From the human T2T-CHM13v2.0 reference genome, Homo sapiens: 64,000 bases of DNA. Of this stretch, positions 25,306-36,300 are shown in pieces; position 1 is the first letter of the stretch, and the number at the start of each line of letters is the position of its first letter. Location of the stretch: the NCBI RefSeq assembly GCF_009914755.1, contig NC_060934.1; one strand, given 5' to 3'. The notes beneath the pieces were generated by a model. That model searched no databases. It had not been told where the DNA came from and saw only the letters and a program-made list of their open reading frames with translations. Position numbers and translations under genes: made by a program.

Positions 25306-25626
25306 GGCCAAGCATAGTGGCTCATGCCTGTAATCCCAGCATTTTGGGAGGCCACGATGGGCGGAACAATATTTAAGGTTTAGAAAAATATTTGTGCCCA
25401 GGTGTTGGAGACCAGCCTGGGCAACATGGCAAAACCCCGCCTCTACAAAAAATAAATTAATTAGCCCGACATAGTGGTGCACACATATAGTCCCAGCCAC
25501 TCAGGAGGCTGAGGTGGGAGGATCGCTTGAGCCATGAAGGTTGAGGCTGCAGTGAGCTGTCATCTCACCACTGCACTCCAACCTGAGTGACAGAGTGAGA
25601 CCCTGTCTCAAAAAAAAAAAAAAAAA
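25306..25626 (+). mobile_element. AluJ with an internal non-Alu insertion
   Basis: Alu consensus, TSD CAAAATCA; foreign insert at ~25366-25391. Confidence 0.9.
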
Positions 25627-26109
25627 CAAAATCAATGCAAAAGATGAATTATGGACAGGATATTGAGGTTTTGAATACAGACATTAACTCAATAAGGGTA
25701 AGGCCCGTGTCTGTTTTCTTTATTGTTATATTGACAGTACTTTGAACAAAGTCTGGCTCTTACAGTTGTTTGTCAATATTTGCTGAATGAATTCAAAGGG
25801 GACAAAATGTTTAAGGTATGGGTGTTTGACATTTTCTGCCTAGATCCCCAATACCACTCTTGTCTTTATTGGGTCCTTATTACAAAGCACCATTGGCGAA
25901 GGTATGGAAGAGAAGCAGTCTCCTACAATTGTGGGTAAGAGTGGATTTTTAAAGCTATTTGGCAATATCCGTCAAAACTTAAAATGTATATAGATTTTAG
26001 CTCCAAATTTCTCAGTTTACACCCAACAGAAATAACAGCATAGATGTATAGCATTGCAGTGTTGCTTGTTGAATCAAAAGACTGGAGTGGAAGCAGGGAC
26101 TTAAGTTTC

Positions 26110-26218
26110 CGCCTGTAATCCCAGCACCTTGGGAGGCAGAGGCGGGCGCATCCCTTGAGATCACGACTGGGTGACACAGTGAGACGCTATCTCAAACAAA
26201 CAAACAAACAAACAAACA
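26110..26218 (+). mobile_element. Alu monomer fragment with (CAAA)n tail
   Basis: gcctgtaatcccagcac...gtgagacgctatctcaaacaaac. Confidence 0.75.
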
Positions 26219-26363
26219 GTTACACGGGCAGCATGCGAACTCAGCGTACTCAGGGAGGCAGATAAAAGCCGAGACCAAAGTGAAGGAGCCCAGCTGCAAA
26301 TTCAACTCCGAAAGACCCTGGACTCCGCAAACGTCTGGCCGCGGCTCTTGAGCTCTTCTATTA

Positions 26364-26417
26364 AGTTTCGGTTTCTGAAGCTTACGTTTAGTTTCGATTT
26401 CTTAAGTTTCAGTTTCT
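26364..26417 (+). promoter_or_regulatory. IFIT5: IFIT5 triple ISRE
   Basis: AGTTTCGGTTTCT 26364-26376, AGTTTCGATTTCT 26390-26402, AGTTTCAGTTTCT 26405-26417. Confidence 0.95.
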
Positions 26418-26641
26418 GAGCGCTCGGCATCTGATTCAATCTCCAGTTTCCTGTTCTTGCTGGGGCTGGGGTCTCTCCTTTAACAAAGACACGCCGCGCG
26501 GCCGAGTCCAGGGGCTGCAGAGGCCTGGCGCGCGCACGCGCACGCGCACGCCCACCGCGCGGCTTCCCGCGGTCCCCGGTGCTGAGGAGAGAGCGATCCG
26601 AGGGACTGCGCCGCCCGGACGGCCTGCAGAGCGCTGCCATC

Positions 26642-26646
26642 ATGAG
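26642..26646 (+). CDS. IFIT5: IFIT5 coding exon 1 (ATGAG)
   Basis: gccatcATGAG|gtaagg; in frame with exon 2 (MSEIRKDTLK). Confidence 0.97.
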
Positions 26647-27774
26647 GTAAGGGTTTTCCTTTGCCTCTCCTCCCAAGCCCTGCGTCGGCCTTGGTTTCAA
26701 ACCGGGCTGCTTTTATTCATTTCCAGCGCAGTTCTGCGGCCTTTTCAGGGGCCGAGCCCCTCGCGCCCAGCAACCGGGCATCTGCGTTGGGGACCCTCCC
26801 CGGGCGCTCTGTCCCGGCGCGCGGCGTCTGAAGTCGGGCCTGCCGGGGAGGGTGGCCGAGTGGACGCTTCTCCGGAGTCCGGCCCCTCCCCAGCGCCTAA
26901 GAAGGCCGGTCAGGGAGGAGGAACAGGAGATGCTCCCCGGGAGCCTGTCCCATCCCTGGCGTCTGCGGTCGGGACTGTCAGGGTATGTGCCGGGCGACGC
27001 TCCCCCGGAAGGCCTGTCCACCCATCGCGACCCGACGGCTCTTCTCGGCAGCGGCGACGGTGACCGTGCTGGGTCCGCGGCCGCCGCCTCCGGGAAACTG
27101 GTCAGCGCCTGCAGAGCCCCCAGGCGCTGTTCCGGGGGCAGCTGCTACGTGCCACGGGTCTCCTTAGGCCTGTCGCGTGCCTCTCTTTCCAGCTGCCATT
27201 CCCTCGGTGTGGCATACGCGGTTTCGCCGCAGCCCTGCAGGCGTCACATTCGCCTGCCACTGCCAGTTTGCGTTTCTGATTTCTGGGTCTGAGTTCTTCC
27301 CTTCCCAGGAGCTACCTCTGTACCAAGCACAGATTGTTATCGTCCCACCCAATCCGCTGTTTTATGAGGATTTCTTTATCTGTCTCCTTTACTGATTTAG
27401 TATGATGGCGTCCTTTTCTTGATCATTTTGTATCCCCAGGGGCTAGCACCCCGCCCTGCACGTGGTTAGTGAACCTTCCGCATTTAATGAGTTGAGGAAT
27501 GAGATGTTAAGGTCTTGGGCTCTAAAAGCAGATAGTCCCTTGTTCTAAATCCGGACTGAACTCCTACTAGTTGAGTGATCCCAAAGTTTCTCAAACTCTG
27601 TGAGTCTGTTCCTTATTTGTAAAAATTAATGGTGTCCATCTCTTGGGACTGTGGAAAAGGACAGTAATAAATCCTATCAGTTGACTGCTTAGCACATAAT
27701 ACTTGCACAATAAATGTTAATTATTCCCATTATAAGTTTAAAAAAAAAGTTTAAGTGCCACCCACACATCTAAC

Positions 27775-28066
<292 letters not shown>

Positions 28067-28113
28067 ACATCTAACATTTGTAAGAAAGGAGAGTGCTATC
28101 AGGAAGGGGCTTG

Positions 28114-28151
28114 ACAACAACAACAACAACAAAACAACAACAACAAAAAAC
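28114..28151. repeat. (CAA)n microsatellite
   Basis: acaacaacaacaacaac aaa acaacaacaac. Confidence 0.85.
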
Positions 28152-29045
28152 AGAAAAAGACGGTGGCGTGCACCGTATATATGCAGGATGGGGAGGAAAA
28201 GGGCTCAGCCCCATTGGGGACTGTCTCCCAAGGACAATGAAAGTCTGCTTCTTCCTAGCAGAAGAACAGAATTACCGAAAGATACGTGTTACCTCTTCTG
28301 ATGCAATAGCTTCTCTCTTATCAGCTTCCCAAAGACAAAGTTACAAAATTAAGTAGACAAAGTTTAAACAATAAAAATTCTCATGGTGTCCAGTTGTGCA
28401 TAAATTCCAGAGCCTGGACAAACCACGTCAGTACCTGATTGAATGTCCCTTTGAGATCTTACAACCAAATCCATAATACCTGAGCAGCCCTCCTCATCCT
28501 CCTTGGGCTGGGCTGGTAGAGACCTTCAAAACAGGTGTTTGTTTTAGGCAGGGGGCTGGTAAAGCCATGTTGTTGTGGATTTAAGCAGGCTGTAAGGACA
28601 TGGCATGTCTTGCCCATATTTTTGGTACAATTACACTAGAGAAAGGAACAATTACCAAGGAGCAATTTTACCAGGTTTCCTAGTCAGGATCAGTACTCAT
28701 AATACAAAAATGGAATTTTCATATTAATTATTGAATATGTATATATTCATTCCTAATTTTCAATGGTTTAGTGATTGCCAAAAGGAAATAGATACATGTA
28801 ATACAGAAAGCTCTGTCATCTCTCCAGAACTGTTTTTGCAATAAATAGTGAGAATTTAAATGAAATATTTCTAGGACATAACTGTATATAGAAGAAACTC
28901 TAGTATAAAGTTATGGGAAACTTATGTTTTAACTGTAAGATCAAATAGGGATAAAATTAGTTGTTATGCAAAGAACAATATTTAAGGTTTAGAAAATTAT
29001 TTCTTGTATTTCTTCAAAAATTAAAAAGTATTTTATCTTTGACAG

Positions 29046-30489
29046 TGAAATTCGTAAGGACACCTTGAAGGCCATTCTGTTGGAGTTAGAATGTCATTTT
29101 ACATGGAATTTACTTAAGGAAGACATTGATCTGTTTGAGGTAGAAGATACAATTGGGCAACAGCTTGAATTTCTTACCACAAAATCTAGACTTGCTCTTT
29201 ATAACCTATTGGCCTATGTGAAACACCTAAAAGGCCAAAATAAAGACGCCCTTGAGTGCTTGGAACAAGCAGAAGAAATAATCCAGCAAGAACACTCAGA
29301 CAAAGAAGAAGTACGAAGCCTGGTCACTTGGGGAAACTATGCCTGGGTGTATTATCACATGGACCAGCTTGAAGAAGCTCAGAAGTATACAGGTAAGATA
29401 GGGAATGTCTGTAAGAAATTGTCCAGTCCTTCTAACTACAAGTTGGAGTGTCCTGAGACTGACTGTGAGAAAGGCTGGGCACTCTTGAAATTTGGAGGAA
29501 AGTATTATCAAAAGGCTAAAGCGGCTTTTGAGAAGGCTCTGGAAGTGGAGCCTGACAATCCAGAATTTAACATCGGCTATGCTATCACAGTGTATCGGCT
29601 GGATGATTCTGATAGAGAAGGGTCTGTAAAGAGCTTTTCTCTGGGGCCTTTGAGAAAGGCTGTTACCCTGAACCCAGATAACAGCTATATTAAGGTTTTT
29701 CTGGCACTGAAGCTTCAAGATGTACATGCAGAAGCTGAAGGGGAAAAGTATATTGAAGAAATCCTGGACCAAATATCATCCCAGCCTTACGTCCTTCGTT
29801 ATGCAGCCAAGTTCTATAGGAGAAAAAATTCCTGGAACAAAGCTCTCGAACTTTTAAAAAAGGCCTTGGAGGTGACACCAACTTCTTCTTTCCTGCATCA
29901 CCAGATGGGACTTTGCTACAGGGCACAAATGATCCAAATCAAGAAGGCCACACACAACAGACCTAAAGGAAAGGATAAACTAAAGGTTGATGAGCTGATT
30001 TCATCTGCTATATTTCATTTCAAAGCAGCCATGGAACGAGACTCTATGTTTGCATTTGCCTACACAGACCTGGCCAACATGTATGCTGAAGGAGGCCAGT
30101 ATAGCAATGCTGAGGACATTTTCCGGAAAGCTCTTCGTCTGGAGAACATAACCGATGATCACAAACATCAGATCCATTACCACTATGGCCGCTTTCAGGA
30201 ATTTCACCGTAAATCAGAAAATACTGCCATCCATCATTATTTAGAAGCCTTAAAGGTCAAAGACAGATCACCCCTTCGCACCAAACTGACAAGTGCTCTG
30301 AAGAAATTGTCTACCAAGAGACTTTGTCACAATGCTTTAGATGTGCAGAGTTTAAGTGCCCTAGGGTTTGTTTACAAGCTGGAAGGAGAAAAGAGGCAAG
30401 CTGCTGAGTACTATGAGAAGGCACAAAAGATAGATCCAGAAAATGCAGAATTCCTGACTGCTCTCTGTGAGCTCCGACTTTCCATTTAA
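29046..30489 (+). CDS. IFIT5: IFIT5 exon 2: interferon-induced TPR protein 5 (ISG58), 5'-ppp RNA/tRNA binder; 482 aa in total
   Basis: Acceptor tttgacag|TGAAATT; ECHFTW motif; TPRs; ends CELRLSI; 5+1444=1449 nt. Confidence 0.99.
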
Positions 30490-32409
30490 ATACATACTCT
30501 AGGAAATTAGCTCTAAGTTTTTCCCTTCATTTTGGGTTCTCCTGTTTGTTTTTTTTTTATTATTTTAATCCCTTGTTTATTATAGAGCTAATATTTATTG
30601 AATAGTTATTGTGTACCAAGCATTGTGCTAAATACTTTATATGCATTATGATGAATCTTGTGCGGTTTTCTTTCTTTTTTTCTTTTTAATTAAAATACTA
30701 TAATCCATTGAGAAATAGCAATATTCTAGCTATTGTAACTTCTAAAAATGGTATGGCCATTAGATCTGTGCTTTTTATCTCTGCTCTTTGAATTTCTCAT
30801 ATTATATAGTAAATATATTCCTACGTAAACCTTTGATACCTAGATCAGGAATACTCTTCCAGGAGTACAAAATTACATTATTGATAGTTAAGCTCTTAAT
30901 TGTGTAGCTTGCAAAAGACAGCACTTTTTAGTTACAGATGTTTTGACTTTGATGAGGATATTTAGCTATCAATCTAATAGTCACCTAAAATATCTTTTTT
31001 GTTGGAAAAAAGTTTATAATAAAAAAGTTTGTCATCTCTAGTGACTTCAATAAAGAAAAAACTAGAAGAGGAGAAAAAGGATTTCCTCAAATTTTAAATA
31101 TGTAACTTCAGGGATTCAATCCCCAAATGTTTATTAAGTAGCTAGAAATAATTATGTGGAAAAAAATGAATAATGGAAAATAGTGAGTCTCAAATTGTTC
31201 TTTTTTTTTAACTAAAATCTGCAATGAATCTAGATGCAATTAATTTTATTCCTTCCAACTAAAATTACAATATTTTTAGGTTAAAATTATTGAGATATAA
31301 AGCAGCCATTGGGAAATTGGGAGAAATGATAAACAAATGGAAAAAGAAGATGTCCCTAACCTACACCCATAGATTACCAAGGTTTCAGTGTACTAGTTTT
31401 GAATCTGTTCTGAATGGAGTTTTTATACCCTCAATTTCTGGCCTTTGGCTATTTTAGCATTTCAAAGTGACTTCTATGAAGCTTTTTTTTTAATGTGAAA
31501 TTTTCAGAATGTTGTTTTTTTCATGTAGATACTCCAGGAAGAGTTAAGCACTGCTTTCAGTTTTAATATCCACCTTGAGGGGTCGCTGCTTGAGGGCTCT
31601 TATCCCAGGGGACTTTTTAATTCGGATGTTACTTAATGTGGCTTCTCTAATGTAGTTTCTTTGATTACCGACTACACAATTATGTACCATCACAGTATTA
31701 GTGGAAAAGTACCATGTGATTTAATTCTCCATTCCTCCAATGTAACTCTTAAAATTATTATGTATGTGTATGTGTTTTACTTTTTGTTTTTTATCATCTT
31801 TAAAATTTCTATTATGGTTTGATTATTATAAAAATAATGAATTCTCACTGTAAATTTCAAAAAAAAAATTACAAAAGTATGTGAATTTAAAAATGAGAGC
31901 AGTCCCCTCACCCTACCACAGTTCCACACCCTCAAGGTAAACTTATAACTTATAATTTGATATGTAAACTTCCAGATCTTTTTTCTATGCGTAATCAGAC
32001 ATACATATATACTGCAGTGTATCTCACGTATTAATTTTTAAAAATCTTTTGTTTTACTTAATTCTGTTTTTATTATTATTATTATTTTGTTTGATCTATT
32101 AAGGAAGAACAAGGAAGGGAATGATCTTTACTCAAGAATTTCAGAAAGTCAGCACTGAAGTCCTGACCTATCAGTAGACACATTTGTCCCTTTCAGATAT
32201 TTTAGGATATTCTAGCAAAGCAGGCCATTTCTCCCACCTGAAAGTACATAACTTCTATCACTTGCCACATAATTAAAAGAACTCACATTAAGCGGTTACT
32301 CAGACAGTTAATCATAGAAAAGATTATTTGCTTCATCAGTTCATAGAAAAGATTATTTGCTTCATCAGTTAACTTGTTTTTATAAATCAGGGCTGTGTTC
32401 ATACACAGA

Positions 32410-32675
32410 AGGGGCCTGAGATTTCTGCACTTTAAACAAGCTCCTCCTAGGTGAGGATGCTGTGGCTGTTCTAATTACATTTTGAGTAGTAAGGTCTACA
32501 GCATTGTTCCTCAAACTTGGCTACGTATTGGAATCACCTAAAAAGTTAAAACAAAACATGGATGTCTGGGTCCCGCCCCATAGAGAATGACTTAATTGGC
32601 ATGGGGTGCAGTCCAGGCATCATGATTTTTAGATTTCCCAGTTGGAACTTGTGCAGCAAAGTTTGGGAGCTACTG
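32410..32675. mobile_element. MER5A/MER5B-type fragments in the IFIT5 3'UTR
   Basis: ggggcctgagatttctgcactttaaacaagctc; ctcaaacttggctacgtattggaatcacc. Confidence 0.7.
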
Positions 32676-32809
32676 ATGGACATGTGAAAAGTAAGTATAA
32701 ATGGAATAAAATTAATTAGGCTAATAGGCTTAACCCAGGAAATCCTAAGTTCCTTGAATATCCAGTTTGCATTTGGACTCCTCATCATATACTTGGTATA
32801 TAATACTCT

Positions 32810-32815
32810 AATAAA
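32810..32815 (+). terminator. IFIT5: IFIT5 distal poly(A) signal (others at 31018, 31049, 32705)
   Basis: AATAAA followed by T/GT-rich ttgtatattgtcc. Confidence 0.75.
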
Positions 32816-33854
32816 AGCTGCCTGAGTTGAATTGTATATTGTCCTGCACCTACCTCTGAAAACTGCCCTTATCAACTGACTCAAAGTCTCTGAAATGGGT
32901 CCAAATCCTACTTAGTTAGATGAACTCATCCTGTCAAGCCTGATAAGAATCCTATGATGCCAGGCCCAAGTTGTTTTGTTGCCTATTAGACAAACTCATA
33001 AATATGCCCAGAAAAGTGGCTGTGATTGCTCTTCAGGGTAATTTGACCCTTCCGGAAAAGAAGTGCTGCCTCTCCAAATCTTGAAGGTGCTCTTGGAAAC
33101 TACTTCATTGAGCACTAAAGGTACGCTCCCTGACTCACAAAAGCTGAGAAAAGCCCTTTCAACAAATGATAAATCAGCTGGCAGAAAAACTGGTTTCCCA
33201 GTCATGGAGCTCTTAAAGATATTTGCTTCCTCTCTGGGTGCAGAAATAGTCTTACCTGTTGATCACATGCTATCAGCCAGTTTCAAAAGCAATATAAGCT
33301 GTTACTATTCCTTTCTAGATTGAGTCAACGATGCCGATTACTTCAGTTCAGGAACAACCTTGTAGACAACACAGAACTTTAAAATCAGGAGGACCTTGAG
33401 AAAATCCCTACTCCAACCAACTTTATTGATATGAAGATTGAGACCAGGACTGGTGATATGACTTAAGGTTTCACAACTAATTTGTGGACCATAATTTCTT
33501 TCTCCTGGCTGCTGGTTCAGTAGCACTCATGCCCATTTTACAGTTTCTACCGATAATCATTTGTTGGAGGCAACAAACTCCATTTGTTGGAGTCTGTCAA
33601 ACTCAATTGACAGAGTTTATCTGGCCATGATGTGACTATGCTTATGTGACATCACCTACAACACAGGCAGGCCCAAGGATAGTCCCTTTATGGAATATGT
33701 TCATTACTGAGATTAAGGAACATGGCAGACCTATAAAACAATGTGGCATGTTTTTATATAATTGGTGAATTACAAGAAATGAAAATCCATTTGGCCTTGA
33801 CAATTAGAACAGTCTCCTTTGAGTAGTTCAAGTGTAATAACATTGTAACCCTAA

Positions 33855-34272
33855 TGTGGTAGCAATGAGAAGCACCTCTCAGATCTCTAGCTACAAGGAT
33901 TATAATTGTCTGAAGGTCCCATCTCTACATATTGAAATCTATCACTACATTTACACTGAGGCCATGCTTCCCAGTGTGGCAAGGTTACTAAGTCATGTCC
34001 TCTCCTGAGAGATGCAGTACTCCTCTGATGAGCAATTTAAACTCAAGGACTCCCCACCAGCCTTGCCAAATATTCCTTAAAACAATACTGTAATCTAAGA
34101 TGTTTTTACCCAACTTTTATTCCTTCTGTCTCTCCTACATATGGGGTCAGACCTGCATCACAGTTGGATGGCTCTCCCAGCCTCTGTCTGCTCTCTTCCC
34201 GTTTTTTCTCAGAGGTGTTTCCATTACATTTCTTGCATGTTCAACATCCCATCTTGGATCAAACTGACACAT
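33855..34272 (+). mobile_element. LTR16-like ERVL LTR
   Basis: tgtggtagcaatgagaagcacc...ggggtcagacctgcatcacagt...actgacaca. Confidence 0.65.
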
Positions 34273-34397
34273 CTAGTGAAAGAAATTTAATTAGAGGACT
34301 CTAATTGGCAGTAGGTGAATAATGTTTACATAATATAAATGTCATTTATTGTTCTTCAACTTTCTGGATGAGTAATTATGATTAAAGAACAAAACAT

Positions 34398-34710
<313 letters not shown>

Positions 34711-34760
34711 TTATAATATTTGATTTGGAAAAGAGAATGGGGAAGAGAGGTAAGGGAAAT

Positions 34761-35156
34761 TGTCTTAGTTTCTGGTGTGCCGCTATAATAGAATACCTAA
34801 GACTGAGTAATTTTAACAAGCAGAAATTTATTTCTCACAGTTCTGGAGACTGGAAGTTCAAGATCAAGGAGCTGGCAGGTTTGGTGTCTGGTGAGGGCCT
34901 GGTCTCTGCTTCCAAGATGTCACCTTGAATGCTGCACCCTCTGGAAGGGAGGAACTCTGTTCCTCACATGGCAGAAGAGCAGAAGAGAGCAAGAACTCAC
35001 TCCTGCAAGCCCTTTTCATAAGACCATTAGTCTAGTCATGTGGGCAGAGCCCTCAGGAACATCTCTCCTTAGGCCTCACCTCTCAATACTGTTGCATTGG
35101 AGATTAAGCTTCCAATCTATGAATTTGGAGGAGACAAAAACATTCAAACCATAGCA
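34761..35156 (-). mobile_element. MST-type MaLR LTR
   Basis: tgtcttagtt...aaacattcaaaccatagca. Confidence 0.85.
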
Positions 35157-36079
35157 GAAGAATAGAGACTCAAAAGATACAGTTAAGGTTTTATGGAGTA
35201 AGAATTAAATATGTTAGTATAACTTATAAAACAAATTAAGTAAAAATTGAGTTGTGGGATGAGAAGAGTTCTTTAAATTCAGTTAATTAAATCCTAACAA
35301 CATAGCAGAAAACCAATAGATAAAGTCTATATTAAACAGATCAAAAAATAACATTATAAAACGTACCATCACAGATTGGGATAGCCCCTTCTCACAAAAC
35401 TAACTTTCTTCCTCTTTCTATCCCTTCAGAACAACATAGCAAGTGTATATTTAAAACAAGTTTATCACTTAGCTTTCTGCTCATACATCCCCTCTCTTTC
35501 TGCTTGTACATCCCCTTTTCTCCCAGGACTCCAGCCTCCGCATTCCTCTCTACTTCTCTTCTGAGCCAAAGTTCCCTGCCTCACTGGGATGTGGTTTCTT
35601 CTTCTTTAGCTTTCTCTTTTCCTAAGATCAAGCCACACACACTGGATCCCACCCCAAACACAACTACCCCCTTCTTCGGAAACTTCATATTTACTAAGTT
35701 GAATTTGTTCATTCAACATTTTGTATTTCACTTTGAGGAATAAAACAGCATCTAATTACTAGAAATGTACTAGAAATGCCATGTATATATTCCCAAAACT
35801 GTCTGAACTGAGGGGTTCCTCTGTAAGTGATGAACTGGATTTCTCAATACCTCCTTTCATGATGGCACCTAGCTGAGTAACTAAAGAAATAATGAAGGTG
35901 ACATGAATAAGCTTTGGGAAAGCCATGCCTCAATGGGAGCACACAGGTGCCTCACAGACAACAAACTCTGAAGGGCAAGCATAGACTGAGGCCACTTGGA
36001 TTGAACACTTAACATAGAACACTAGCGTTCTTGACTCCGGTGATGCAATGATAGTTATAGCTAACTCTTACATAGTACA

Positions 36080-36300
36080 CAATATCTGCCGGGTGCTGTT
36101 CTAAGTGCAGGGCATGTAGTAATCTTGTAAAATCCTTACAAACCCCCCTAAAATAGGCATTTTTATTCTTTCCTTTCGCACATGAGTAATTAGGATTTAG
36201 ACACATTAAGCAAGCCCAAGGTCGCATACCTAATAAGAGGTGGGAAAAGGATTCAAACTCTGGGTGTCTGGTTCTAGAATCTAGCACTTAACTACTATAT
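36080..36300. mobile_element. MIR
   Basis: MIR core-like (cccaaggtcgcatacctaataagaggtgg...ggattcaaactc). Confidence 0.65.

Larger units (their letters stand above)
26220..27270. promoter_or_regulatory. IFIT5: CpG island spanning the IFIT5 promoter and exon 1
   Basis: Dense CpG and high GC compared with flanks. Confidence 0.92.

Noticed and set aside
26302-27395. Several 60-146 aa ORFs
   Set aside because: Stop-poor CpG island sequence with no recognisable protein
29065-29067. ORF-track start of IFIT5
   Set aside because: Internal TTG Leu codon; the real N-terminus comes from exon 1
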